Source: an uncultured Oscillospiraceae bacterium (GTDB taxonomy: Bacteria > Bacillota > Clostridia > Christensenellales > CAG-138). Taken from it: a DNA stretch of 64,000 nucleotides. Both the position numbers and the translations under genes were made by a program. Below are positions 1 through 8,954 of the stretch, in pieces. The notes beneath the pieces are model-generated. The model did no database searches. It was not told the DNA's origin and saw nothing but the letters and a program-made list of their open reading frames with translations. The stretch is taken from the NCBI GenBank assembly GCA_964490325.1, contig CAZBBX010000009.1:1859-65858 (forward strand), read 5' to 3'. How positions within the stretch are numbered: the first letter of the stretch is position 1; each line of letters starts with the position of its first letter.

Positions 1-792
1 GGCGGGATGCACCGCAAGCTCCAACTGCGGCTGCATATGCTTGAGGTTCTCCGTGACCACCTCCAACGGCTCCGTGGGCAGACCATAGAGCCGCAGGTAT
101 TCGGGCAGAGCATCGCCCGCGGTGAAGTTTGGCAGCACCATGGAAAGCGCGGTTTCAAAGCGGTGATACAGCACAGAGGCGTCCGGCGGCGTTTCGCCCT
201 CGGCGGCGGCCTGCTCAAACAGGGAGCTTTCCAGACGGTACAGGCTTTCGTAGTCCTCCGCGCTGCGAAGCTCGATCTCGGGGAAGCGCCCCTTCTTTTC
301 GTAGTCCAAAAAGGCATAATAGCGCGTGATGGCAGGGTCGTCCGCATCCCATTGCGGGATCAGGCGCACGATCTGCGCTTCATAATCCAGCGCGCCCAAG
401 TACTTGAGCACGCTGACGCGCTTGTTGCCCTCCACCACATAGTAGTATCGCAGGTACTCATACACGCGGATGGGGTCGCTGAGGCCGCCGTTCAGCTGGA
501 TGGCGCACACATGCGTCCATTTGTCCGCGAACTCGCTGTTTTCGGAGAGGACAGGCATGAAGTTGTGGGCAAAGGCGCTTGCACGCCCCGCCTGCCAGGT
601 GCCGACGACGCGGCGTAGGGGAATGGTGCGGGTGGGCAGGGAGACGTAGGCCAACGCGCCGCCGTTCTCGGAGCGAGTGTCTGCGGTGTCCAAATAGCCG
701 TTCTCCCCGCGTGCGCGGCGGACGGACAGCTCCTTTAATCCCAGCTTGCGGGCCTTTTGATAGTGTTCCTTTGCAATGGCATATTCGCTCAT
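1..792 (-). CDS. hypothetical protein with ParB/sulfiredoxin-like core motif (3' end lies outside window)
   Basis: Absent from the supplied ORF track because there is no stop inside the window. Hand translation of the minus strand from ATG at 790-792 gives MSEYAIAKEHYQKARKLGL...IRVYEYLRYYYVVEGNKRVSVLKYLGALDYEAQIV... and stays open to position 1. ATGA start/stop overlap with the upstream gene. Product name is only a motif-level guess. Confidence 0.55.
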   Translation of the reverse strand, partial: MSEYAIAKEHYQKARKLGLKELSVRRARGENGYLDTADTRSENGGALAYVSLPTRTIPLRRVVGTWQAGRASAFAHNFMPVLSENSEFADKWTHVCAIQLNGGLSDPIRVYEYLRYYYVVEGNKRVSVLKYLGALDYEAQIVRLIPQWDADDPAITRYYAFLDYEKKGRFPEIELRSAEDYESLYRLESSLFEQAAAEGETPPDASVLYHRFETALSMVLPNFTAGDALPEYLRLYGLPTEPLEVVTENLKHMQPQLELAVHPA

Positions 793-1490
793 AGTGCATC
801 CTCTTTTGTCGGTTTCGCCGCAGTCCTTGCCCCGCGCTTTCTTACGCCTCTGCGCGGCGGCGTATCGTCTTGGTCACGATCAGGAAAGTGCAGCTCGGTC
901 AGGCAGTAGCCAAAGCCGTTGATAAGGGTCGTCTCATCCTGCTTGAGCACGCGGCGTCCCCGCGTGTCGCCGTAGAGATGGCAGTGCCCATACAGCTGAT
1001 ACAGCGGATGATAGCGGTCGAGCAGGCTGCGAAAGCAGGCAAAGCCCTCGTGAAAGCCCTCGCCGTCGCCTAAGCCCTTGGAGGGCGCATGGGTGACCAG
1101 CACGTCAAAGCCCCCGCCGAGTGCAGGCTTTAACAGCTGCAGCCGCGCACGGCGTACGCGGGCTGCCATGGCGCGCTCGGTAAAATGAAAGGGCTTGGGA
1201 CTGCCGCTCTTGCAGCCGCCCAGCCCGATAAAGCGGACACCTCGATAGACAAAGGGCTCGTTCTCCAGATCGATGCAGCCCTCGGGCGGCTGCGTGTCGT
1301 ACAGCTCGTCGTGGTTGCCCCGCACATACAGCAGCGGGAAGGAGAGCATCGTTACAAGAAAGTCCAAATAGGCGGGCTTAAGGTCGCCGCAGGAGATGAT
1401 AAGCTCCACGTCCTTCCAGCGCGCCTTGTCAAAGTAATCCCACAGCGCGGGGCTTTCCATGTCTGCAACAACAAGAACGGTCAGCTTCAT
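789..1490 (-). CDS. metallophosphoesterase (calcineurin-like phosphoesterase family)
   Basis: 233-aa ORF with ordered phosphoesterase motifs (VVADME, SCGDL, RGNHD, THAP, GHCH). Start overlaps the stop of the upstream small gene (ATGA). Confidence 0.85.
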   Translation of the reverse strand: MKLTVLVVADMESPALWDYFDKARWKDVELIISCGDLKPAYLDFLVTMLSFPLLYVRGNHDELYDTQPPEGCIDLENEPFVYRGVRFIGLGGCKSGSPKPFHFTERAMAARVRRARLQLLKPALGGGFDVLVTHAPSKGLGDGEGFHEGFACFRSLLDRYHPLYQLYGHCHLYGDTRGRRVLKQDETTLINGFGYCLTELHFPDRDQDDTPPRRGVRKRGARTAAKPTKEDAL

Positions 1491-1663
1491 GGGCGCCGCT
1501 TTTCCTTAGTCTCTTGCTTAGCGTCCCGATAGGCGCAGCCGACGCAATGTGAGCAGTCGCCCCCGCACACGCCGCCCTTTTTGCGCCTGCGCAGGATATA
1601 CACCACAGCTAAGGCCAGTAGACCCGCAACGGCTGTCAGGATCAGGATATCATAGACGGACAC
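1487..1663 (-). CDS. FeoB-associated Cys-rich membrane protein
   Basis: 58-aa ORF below the track length cut-off, read by hand. GTG start preceded by GGAG: VSVYDILILTAVAGLLALAVVYILRRRKKGGVCGGDCSHCVGCAYRDAKQETKEKRRP. One TM helix followed by a Cys cluster, immediately downstream of feoB, as is typical of this small family. Confidence 0.75.
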   Translation of the reverse strand: MSVYDILILTAVAGLLALAVVYILRRRKKGGVCGGDCSHCVGCAYRDAKQETKEKRRP

Positions 1664-1684
1664 GGGACGCTCCTTTCGGCAAAG

Positions 1685-3670
1685 CTACACGAGCAGGGAA
1701 CCGATCTGGTAGACCGCAAAGGCGACCACCCACGCGATGGCACATTGCATCACCACAACGCCTGCGGCGGCAAGACGGCTCTTCAGCTCCCGCCGCATGG
1801 CGCTGATGGCGGCCACACAGGGGGTATACAGCAGGGTAAACACCAAGAAGCTGAGCGCGGTCAGCGGCGTGAACAGGGTGCTTAGCGGCGTGTCGCCCAA
1901 GAGGACGGACAGGGTGCTTACAACGGTCTCCTTAGCGGTCAGCCCCGTGATGAGCGCCGTTGAAACGCGCCAGTCGCTAAAGCCCAGCGGACGGAACAGG
2001 GGAGAGAGCAGCTTGCCGATCATGGCAAGCAGGGAATCCTCCGCCGCCGCAACGACGTTCAGCTGCGCGTCAAAGGTCTGTAAGAACCATATGACGACCG
2101 TGGCGGCAAAGATGACCGTAAACGCCTTTTTGAGATAATCCTTCGCCTTGTCCCACATCAGCAGCAGGACGCTCTTAGGCGAGGGCAGGCGGTAATCGGG
2201 CAGCTCCATCACAAAGGGAACGGGCTTGGCGCGGGTGAAGGCCTTGATGATGAGCGCTACCAGTATTGCCAAAAGAATGCCTGTTACATACATGCCGATC
2301 ATCACAAGCGCCTGATGCTTGGTGAAGAAGGCGGCCGTGAACAGGGCATAAATGGGGATCTTGGCGGGGCAGCTCATGTAGGGGGTCAGAAGGATGGTGA
2401 CCTTGCGGTCGCGGTCGCTTGAGAGTGTGCGCGTTGCCATGATAGCGGGGACGGAGCAGCCAAAGCCGATCAGCAGGGGCACGATGCTGCGACCCGACAG
2501 GCCGATCTTACGGAGCAGCTTATCCATCACATAGGCGATGCGCGCCATGTAGCCGCTGTCCTCCAAGAGGGACAGGAAGAAAAACAGGGTGACGATGTAG
2601 GGCACGAAGCTGACAACCAGTCCCACGCCGGAGAAAATACCGTCGATGACGAGGCTGTGCACCACGGGGTTGATGCCGTAATTGGTCAAGCCCGTGTCCA
2701 CCAAGGCGGTCAAGGCGTCTATCCCCTGCGCGAGCAGGTTTGACAGGGCAGAGCCGATGACGTTGAAGGTCAGGTAAAAGATGAGCAGCATCACGCCAAG
2801 GAACACGGGGATCGCCGCGTAGCGGTTGGTCAGGACGCGGTCGATCGCCAAGGAGCGGTGGCGCTCACGGCTCTCGCGGCACTTGATCACGGCGTCCTTG
2901 CAGACCCTTTCAATGAAGGCGTAGCGCATGTCGGCCAGCGCCGCGTTGCGGTCCAAGCCGCGCTCGTCCTCCATCTCCACGATGCTGTGCTCGATCATCT
3001 CCAGCTCGTTCTCGTCCAGCTCCAGCCGTTTCTCGATCTCCTTGTCGCCCTCGACCAGCTTTGTGGCGGCAAAACGGGGAAACAGTCCCGCGTTCTGCGC
3101 GTGATCCTCGATCATATGGGTGACGGCATGGATGCAGCGGTGGACAGGGCCTGCGTCGCAAAAATCGTAGCGGTCGGGCAGGCTGCGCCGATGCGCGGTG
3201 TCCAAGGCAACGCGGATGAGATCCTCCACGCCCTCGTTCTTGGCGGCGCTGATGGGAACAACGGGGATGCCCAAGGCCTCGGACAGCTTATCAACGTGGA
3301 TGGAGCCGCCGTTTTCGCGCACCTCGTCCATCATGTTCAGCGCCAGCACCATCGGCAGGTGCAGCTCTATAAGCTGCAGGGTCAGGTACAGGTTGCGCTC
3401 GATGTTCGTTGCGTCCACGATGTTGATGATGCCGTCGGGGTGCTTGTTGAGCAAAAAATCACGCGTGACCAGCTCCTCCGAGGTATAGGGGCGCAGGGAG
3501 TAGATCCCCGGCAGATCCACCACCTCGTCCCCCTTGGACGAGCGGATGACGCCCGACTTGGCGTCCACGGTGACGCCGGGGAAGTTGCCCACATGCTGGT
3601 TGGCGCCCGTGAGCTGATTGAACAGCGTGGTCTTGCCGCAATTTTGGTTTCCGATGAGGGCAAAGATCAT
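1685..3670 (-). CDS. feoB: ferrous iron transporter FeoB
   Basis: 661-aa ORF with an N-terminal G-domain (GNQNCGKTTLFNQLTG, DLPG) and a polytopic membrane domain. ATGA overlap with feoA. Confidence 0.95.
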   Translation of the reverse strand: MIFALIGNQNCGKTTLFNQLTGANQHVGNFPGVTVDAKSGVIRSSKGDEVVDLPGIYSLRPYTSEELVTRDFLLNKHPDGIINIVDATNIERNLYLTLQLIELHLPMVLALNMMDEVRENGGSIHVDKLSEALGIPVVPISAAKNEGVEDLIRVALDTAHRRSLPDRYDFCDAGPVHRCIHAVTHMIEDHAQNAGLFPRFAATKLVEGDKEIEKRLELDENELEMIEHSIVEMEDERGLDRNAALADMRYAFIERVCKDAVIKCRESRERHRSLAIDRVLTNRYAAIPVFLGVMLLIFYLTFNVIGSALSNLLAQGIDALTALVDTGLTNYGINPVVHSLVIDGIFSGVGLVVSFVPYIVTLFFFLSLLEDSGYMARIAYVMDKLLRKIGLSGRSIVPLLIGFGCSVPAIMATRTLSSDRDRKVTILLTPYMSCPAKIPIYALFTAAFFTKHQALVMIGMYVTGILLAILVALIIKAFTRAKPVPFVMELPDYRLPSPKSVLLLMWDKAKDYLKKAFTVIFAATVVIWFLQTFDAQLNVVAAAEDSLLAMIGKLLSPLFRPLGFSDWRVSTALITGLTAKETVVSTLSVLLGDTPLSTLFTPLTALSFLVFTLLYTPCVAAISAMRRELKSRLAAAGVVVMQCAIAWVVAFAVYQIGSLLV

Positions 3671-3933
3671 TCCGCTGCCTCCACTTCGATGCAGGCCGCG
3701 TCGGCAAGGCGCAGCGTCAGCACATACCCGCGCAGGCTCAGACGGATCGGATCGCCCATGGGCGCGACCTCCGTCACCGAAACGAGCGTCCCGGGGATCA
3801 GCCCCATGTCCAAAAGACGCAGACGCAGCGGCCCCTCGCCGCCCACCTTTGTGATCCTTGCCGCCTTCTTGAGCGGCAGCTTATCCAAGGTATGCGCGGC
3901 GCTCGCCGCCTGTTCCCCGTGCGGATGTTCCAT
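3667..3933 (-). CDS. feoA: ferrous iron transport protein FeoA
   Basis: FeoA-like SH3 sequence (LKKAARITKVGGEGPLRLRLLDMGLIPGTLVSV...). The track ORF begins at a TTG (3945). I prefer the ATG at 3931-3933, which is preceded by GGGAGG. Confidence 0.85.
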   Translation of the reverse strand: MEHPHGEQAASAAHTLDKLPLKKAARITKVGGEGPLRLRLLDMGLIPGTLVSVTEVAPMGDPIRLSLRGYVLTLRLADAACIEVEAAE

Positions 3934-3978
3934 ACAGCCTCCCAAAGTTAGCCTTCACTAACTTTTCTATGTGCAATG

Positions 3979-4007
3979 ATTGTACACTATGCCGCACAGC
4001 CTGTCAA
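3979..4007 (-). promoter_or_regulatory. sigma70-type promoter of feoAB (TTGACA-17-TACAAT)
   Basis: On the minus strand: TTGACA (4002-4007), 17-nt spacer, TACAAT (3979-3984), about 45 nt upstream of feoA. Confidence 0.5.
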
Positions 4008-4082
4008 GACGGCGTGCCGCCCAAAGGTCGGCAGCTGTGCCCCAAAGCTCGGCGGCTGCGGACAAGCATCCAAAAACGGGAC

Positions 4083-4117
4083 AAAAAAAGGGAGACGCGC
4101 CGTATGGAACGTCTCCC
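4083..4117 (-). terminator. rho-independent terminator after the AraC-family gene
   Basis: On the minus strand: GGGAGACG-loop-CGTCTCCC followed by TTTTTTT. Confidence 0.7.
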
Positions 4118-4172
4118 TGCCGTGTTGGATGGGGTGTCTGCTGCCGCGGGATTGAAAGCGGCAAACCGACTG

Positions 4173-5063
4173 TCAGCCGCGTTTGTCGCAGGACTTTACG
4201 GCGCGAAGCTCCACATAGCCGCGTTCACCGCGTGGCTCCAGCTGAATGCGCGGGTTCGTATCGTCCCACACGCAGCCCATGCGCGTGGGGTCGCAGCGCT
4301 CTATCGCGCAGCGCAGCAATTCGATCGCCTCGCAGTAGTCCTCCTCGGCGAACGGTTCGCCTTGGAACTGCAGGTATTCCGCCTCGGGCAGCGTGATAAC
4401 GTCGAAGCCCTCGGGGATCTTGCCGTCATAGTCCAACGGGACCTCAGCGCCCTGCACATAGGTGGAGCTGTTGGGCTTCTTGTACTGCGGCGGCAGCCAC
4501 AGGCAGACGGGTTCGCCGCAGAGGGAGTCCATGCTTAAAAGCAGACCCCACACATCGCAGCCGACCTCCTCGCAGTAGGGGAAGTAGTCCTCCGCCGCGA
4601 TCCCACGCTTGATGATGATCTTGCGCTGCGGCTTACGGATCCGCTGCACAAACACGTTTTGCACGGTGCTCATGTCGATCACATCCTTTCTCAATTCACG
4701 ATACTTTACGCCGTAGGGAACGAACAGCGGGATGGGAACAGGCGCCTTGGCGTATTCTCCGGGCTTACAGCCAAACTCCCGCGTGAAGGCGCGGGTGTAG
4801 CCGTCAACGCTGCCAAAGCCCAGATCCAACGCGGCGTCGGTGACGCGGCAGCCCTCGTTTTTGAGGCGCAGCGCCGACCTTGCCAAGCGCAGGCGGCGGA
4901 TGTACTCCGTTGGCGTTAGATCCGTACAGCTTTTAAACAGCCGATAGGAATGCCACGGCGAGAACAGCGAGACGCGTGCAAGCACCGCCATGCTGATATC
5001 CTCCTCCAAGTGTGCAGCGATATACTCCTGCATTCGGGTCACGGCCAAGATCTGTTCCTTCAT
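4173..5063 (-). CDS. AraC family transcriptional regulator with GyrI-like effector-binding domain
   Basis: HTH_AraC motifs (LARVSLFSPWHSYRLFK, DAALDLGFGSVDGYTRAFTREFG). The track ORF is extended to 5231. I chose ATG at 5061-5063 (MKEQILAV...), preceded by GGAGG. Confidence 0.85.
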   Translation of the reverse strand: MKEQILAVTRMQEYIAAHLEEDISMAVLARVSLFSPWHSYRLFKSCTDLTPTEYIRRLRLARSALRLKNEGCRVTDAALDLGFGSVDGYTRAFTREFGCKPGEYAKAPVPIPLFVPYGVKYRELRKDVIDMSTVQNVFVQRIRKPQRKIIIKRGIAAEDYFPYCEEVGCDVWGLLLSMDSLCGEPVCLWLPPQYKKPNSSTYVQGAEVPLDYDGKIPEGFDVITLPEAEYLQFQGEPFAEEDYCEAIELLRCAIERCDPTRMGCVWDDTNPRIQLEPRGERGYVELRAVKSCDKRG

Positions 5064-5163
5064 TGCTGCCTCCCAAGCGCAAGAGCAATGTACCACGGAT
5101 CCTATCAAACGTTCTCGACTTTCCTTGCCATCCTGCGGCGTGAGAAAAGGATGCGCACCTCGC

Positions 5164-5334
5164 TCATTGCGCCTCCTGCCTGTTGAAGCAGTCCACGATA
5201 TCCTGCCTGCGCCCCATGACGGTGACCACATCGTCTCGCCCGATGATGGTGTCGGCGTCCCCGTGGCGGATGTCCCCGCGAGGTGATTTGACCATCAGCA
5301 CCAGCAGGCTCCAGCGGCTTCTCAGATCGCTCAT
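5164..5334 (-). CDS. TrkA-C (RCK_C) domain fragment, 56 aa
   Basis: Hand-read ORF MSDLRSRWSLLVLMVKSPRGDIRHGDADTIIGRDDVVTVMGRRQDIVDCFNRQEAQ. It resembles the second half of an RCK_C domain. Its ATG overlaps the TGA of ORF 5331-5885 (ATGA). Confidence 0.45.
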   Translation of the reverse strand: MSDLRSRWSLLVLMVKSPRGDIRHGDADTIIGRDDVVTVMGRRQDIVDCFNRQEAQ

Positions 5335-5885
5335 GGACAGGCGTTTGTCCGAAGCGCGGCGGGTACGCGGTTGACGAACACATCCGCAATGATGTCCTCG
5401 CCAAAATCCTCCACAGGCATCACGGGATTGGTCAGACCCTTGACGATGTGCTTGCAGTAGAAGCGGTTGATGAGGCGATCCAGCACGTTTTTAAAGAGCT
5501 TCCAGCGCCGCAGCACCATGAACAGAACAAAGGCCGCCACGATGACCAACAGATAGATCAGCGTTTGCCGCAGCTGAAAGCTGCTCATGGACAGAAGGAT
5601 GCTGACCACGCCCGACACGATGGTGGCGGTGAAGGTGTAGCCAAAGATCATGATGGTCTTTGCCAGCCTGCGGCGCGTGTTGGATTCCAGCACGGCCTCG
5701 CTTTCTGCGGTGGTGAAGCCGGAGTTGGTCAGCAGGGACACGACTTGGAACCTTGCCCGCTCCTCCGTAAGCCCCGTGAGGCGAAAGAGGATGGTGAAGA
5801 TGTCCGCCAGCGTGATGTACAGCATGATGACGACTACAAAGATCGGGACGATGATATACATGGTTCCACGCACCGCCAAGGCCAC
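5331..5885 (-). CDS. membrane protein, N-terminal part of an apparently split TrkA-C domain protein
   Basis: 184-aa ORF with 3-4 predicted TM helices. Its tail (VEDFGEDIIADVFVNRVPAAL) looks like the first strand region of an RCK_C domain that continues in the next frame. Start is GTG at 5885 or ATG at 5861. Confidence 0.6.
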   Translation of the reverse strand: MALAVRGTMYIIVPIFVVVIMLYITLADIFTILFRLTGLTEERARFQVVSLLTNSGFTTAESEAVLESNTRRRLAKTIMIFGYTFTATIVSGVVSILLSMSSFQLRQTLIYLLVIVAAFVLFMVLRRWKLFKNVLDRLINRFYCKHIVKGLTNPVMPVEDFGEDIIADVFVNRVPAALRTNACP

Positions 5886-6100
5886 TGCAAAGCTGCAAAA
5901 GCCTCGGCTCCTTATAAAATCGTAGTAGTTTTATATAGCCCCTCTCCAAGGGCTGCAAGGCGGGAGCGCGCTTTTTAAAAGGCGGGGCGGAGACCTGCGC
6001 GGCTCTCTATCTTCATTATATCGGAACAAGGCGCAAAAGTCACGCATCCGTGGGGGAAAGTTCGCGTCCGCGTCAAAGAAAGCTTGCGCTGCTGTTTTTC

Positions 6101-6129
6101 TTGAAAGGCGTTCAGGGACGTGCTATAAT
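6101..6129 (+). promoter_or_regulatory. sigma70-type promoter of glpK (TTGAAA-17-TGcTATAAT)
   Basis: TTGAAA at 6101-6106, 17-nt spacer ending in TGC (extended -10), TATAAT at 6124-6129, 28 nt upstream of the glpK ATG. Confidence 0.55.
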
Positions 6130-6156
6130 GGATCAGATCGATAAGGAGGGCAAGCT

Positions 6157-7650
6157 ATGCCGTACATCCTTGCGTTGGATCAGGGGACGACCTCGTCCCG
6201 CGCCATCCTTTTTGACACGGAGGGGCGCATCAAGGCGTCCGCGCAGTACGAGTTTCCGCAGTATTTTCCGCACGCAGGCTATGTGGAGCACGAGGCGGAG
6301 GAGATCTATCAAAGTGAGATCAAGGCTGTCCGCACCGTACTGGAGCAGGCCGCCGTCAAGCGCGGGCAGGTGCTGTGCGTGGGCGTGACCAACCAGCGCG
6401 AAACGACGATCGTCTGGGAGAAGGCAAGCGGCAAGCCCGTCCATCGCGCCATCGTGTGGCAATGCCGCCGCACGGCGCCGCTTTGCGAGCAGCTGCTGCG
6501 CGAGGGCTTAGGCCCCTACATCAGCGAGCATACGGGGCTTTTGATCGACGCATACTTTTCCGCGACCAAGCTGCGCTATATTTTAGATGCCGTTCCCAAC
6601 GGACAGATGCTGGCGGAGAACGGCAAGCTGCTGTTCGGCACGGTGGACAGCTACCTTGTGTGGAAGCTGACAGGCGCGCACATCACGGACTACAGCAACG
6701 CGTCCCGCACCATGCTCTTTGACATCCACAAGCTGGACTATGACGAGCTGCTGCTGCGGCGGCTGAACATCCCGCGCTGCATGCTGCCCACGCCCCGTCC
6801 CTCGGCGGAGATCTACGGCCGCGTGAAGCAGATCGAGGGCTTGGAGGCCATCTGGGGCGTACCCGTTTCGGGCGCGGTGGGCGACCAGCAGGGCGCTTTG
6901 TTCGGGCAGGCCTGCTTTGAGGCGGGACAGGCAAAATGTACCTACGGCACGGGTGGTTTTCTGATGATGCACACGGGCGATAAGCCCGTCGCCAGTCAAA
7001 ATAGCCTGCTGACCACGATCGCGTGGGGTCTAAAGGGACGCGTGTCCTATGCGTTGGAGGGCAGCATCTTCCATGCGGGCAGCGCCATCAAGTGGCTGCG
7101 CGACGAGCTGGGGCTCATCAAAAGCGCGGCGGAGATCGACGAGCTGGCGGCCTCGGTGTCGGACGCAGGCGGCGCATACTTTGTGTCCGCCTTCACGGGA
7201 CTGGGCGCGCCGCACTGGGACATGTATGCGCGAGGCGCCTTTGTGGGACTGACCCGCGGCACGACCCGCGCCCACTTTGCCCGCGCCGTACTGGAGGGCA
7301 TCGTCTATCAGATCACCGAACTGTCCAAGACGATGGAGGTGGACAGCGGCTTTCCGCTGACCGAGCTGAAGGTGGACGGCGGCGTCAGCGTCTCCGACGT
7401 GATGCTGCAATTTCAGGCCGACATGCTGAAGGTGAACGTCAACCGCCCCAAGTGTGTCGAATCCACGGCGCTTGGCGCCGCCTATCTGGCGGGCTTGGGC
7501 GCAGGCGTATACGGGGACACGGACGAGATCGCCACAAAGTGGCACTCGGAGCGTATCTTTGCCCCCAACATGGACGATCGGGAACGAAGCGAACGCATCG
7601 TTGGCTGGAACAAGGCCATCCTGCGCGCTAAAAACTGGGAGGAATCATAA
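6157..7650 (+). CDS. glpK: glycerol kinase
   Basis: 497-aa ORF starting MPYILALDQGTTSSRAILFD, with FGGY kinase signatures throughout. Confidence 0.95.
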   Translation: MPYILALDQGTTSSRAILFDTEGRIKASAQYEFPQYFPHAGYVEHEAEEIYQSEIKAVRTVLEQAAVKRGQVLCVGVTNQRETTIVWEKASGKPVHRAIVWQCRRTAPLCEQLLREGLGPYISEHTGLLIDAYFSATKLRYILDAVPNGQMLAENGKLLFGTVDSYLVWKLTGAHITDYSNASRTMLFDIHKLDYDELLLRRLNIPRCMLPTPRPSAEIYGRVKQIEGLEAIWGVPVSGAVGDQQGALFGQACFEAGQAKCTYGTGGFLMMHTGDKPVASQNSLLTTIAWGLKGRVSYALEGSIFHAGSAIKWLRDELGLIKSAAEIDELAASVSDAGGAYFVSAFTGLGAPHWDMYARGAFVGLTRGTTRAHFARAVLEGIVYQITELSKTMEVDSGFPLTELKVDGGVSVSDVMLQFQADMLKVNVNRPKCVESTALGAAYLAGLGAGVYGDTDEIATKWHSERIFAPNMDDRERSERIVGWNKAILRAKNWEES

Positions 7651-7653
7651 AAT

Positions 7654-8763
7654 ATGGAAACAAGACCCTATTTGGACTGGACGACCGCCAAGAACTTCAT
7701 GGTGGACGCGTTTATGGCGCACGGCGTACCCGCAGCTGACGCGGCGATCTCGGCGGAGGTACTGCTGGAGAGCGACCGCAGGGGCATCGAAAGCCACGGC
7801 GTCAACCGCTTCAAGCCCATCTACATCGACCGCATGGAGGCGGGCATCCTAAACCCCGTCACGGAGTACGAAGTCTTGCGGGAGACCGCCACCACGCAGG
7901 TAGCGGATGTGCACGATGGCCTGGGCATGGTCGCATCGCACCGTGCCATGGAGACCGCCATTGAAAAGGCCAAGAAGTACGGCCTTGCCATGGTGGCGCT
8001 GCGCAACAGCTCACACTACGGCATCGCGGGCTACTGGGCGAGCATGGCCACAAACGCGGGCATGATCGGCATTACGGGCACCAACGCCCGTCCGTCCATC
8101 GCGCCCACCTTCGGCGTGGAGAACATGCTGGGGACCAACCCGCTGACGGTGGGCTTCCCCACCGACGAGCCCTTCCCCTTCATGCTGGACTGCGCCACCT
8201 CCATCACGCAGCGCGGCAAGCTGGAGTACTATGCGCGCATCGGCAAGGACACGCCCAAGGGCATGGTCATCGGCAACGATGGTCAGGCGCTCACGGACAC
8301 GCCGCAGATCCTGCTTGACCTCACGTCGGGCAAGGCGGCGCTGGCGCCGCTCGGCGGCATAGGCGACGAGCTGGCGGGCTACAAGGGCTACGGTTACGCA
8401 ACGGTGGTGGAGGTGCTCTCCGCCGCGCTGCAGGCGGGCAGCTTCCTGAAGGCCTTGACCAACAAGGACGAGAACGGCAACAAGAAGCCCTACCACCTTG
8501 GACACTTCTTCCTGGTCATCGACCCCGAGGCGTTCATGGGTCTGGACAGCTTCCGCAAGACCTGCGGCGACATTCTTCGCGACCTCAGAGCGTCCAAGAA
8601 GGCGCCCGGCGAGGAGCGCATCTACACGGCGGGTGAGAAGGAATACTTGGTCTGGCTGGATCGCAAGGACAAGGGCATCCCCATGAGCGAGGCGGTACAG
8701 AAGGAATTCATCGCCGTGCGCGACAAGTGCAAGCTGCCCTATCGGTTCTCCTTTGAAAAATAG
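7654..8763 (+). CDS. Ldh_2 family oxidoreductase (malate/L-lactate/ureidoglycolate dehydrogenase-like)
   Basis: 369-aa ORF with typical Ldh_2 family blocks (SDRRGIESHGVNRF, NSSHYGIAGYW, GTNPL, GYKGYG). Substrate cannot be determined from sequence. Confidence 0.8.
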   Translation: METRPYLDWTTAKNFMVDAFMAHGVPAADAAISAEVLLESDRRGIESHGVNRFKPIYIDRMEAGILNPVTEYEVLRETATTQVADVHDGLGMVASHRAMETAIEKAKKYGLAMVALRNSSHYGIAGYWASMATNAGMIGITGTNARPSIAPTFGVENMLGTNPLTVGFPTDEPFPFMLDCATSITQRGKLEYYARIGKDTPKGMVIGNDGQALTDTPQILLDLTSGKAALAPLGGIGDELAGYKGYGYATVVEVLSAALQAGSFLKALTNKDENGNKKPYHLGHFFLVIDPEAFMGLDSFRKTCGDILRDLRASKKAPGEERIYTAGEKEYLVWLDRKDKGIPMSEAVQKEFIAVRDKCKLPYRFSFEK

Positions 8764-8788
8764 GCGGAGCTGCCGCCTTGATCGGATC

Positions 8789-8821
8789 GGTGAGCGGAAA
8801 AGTGCCGCTCACCGTTTTTTA
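8789..8821 (+). terminator. rho-independent terminator
   Basis: GGTGAGCGG-aaaagtg-CCGCTCACC followed by GTTTTTT. Confidence 0.8.
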
Positions 8822-8954
8822 TTTATCCCGACTGCGGCCTGCTTCACGAAGAAGCCCGCTTTACGCGGGGGCGGAGCGCGTGCCGTCGGGTTTGCGCGAT
8901 TCTGCTTGCTTTTTTAGATAAAGCGTGGTAGGGTCTTACTATTCGGAGGAGAGT

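Noticed and set aside
2858-3961. 367-aa plus-strand ORF overlapping feoB and feoA
   Set aside because: It lies antisense to a confidently identified gene. The translation is low-complexity, Ala/Arg/Gly/Val-rich, as expected for shadow ORFs in high-GC DNA. There is no RBS or motif.
3975-3995. Possible Fur box overlapping the feoA promoter -10 (ACAATCATTGCAC)
   Set aside because: Only a partial match (AATCATT core) to the 7-1-7 Fur consensus as I remember it. This is too weak to call without a position weight matrix.
8822-8954. T-box, attenuator or promoter upstream of the shikimate operon
   Set aside because: I could not find an AGAGA/GNUGGNA T-box core, a specifier hairpin or a terminator. 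The only hexamer pair (TTGCTT-17-TAGGGT) is weak.
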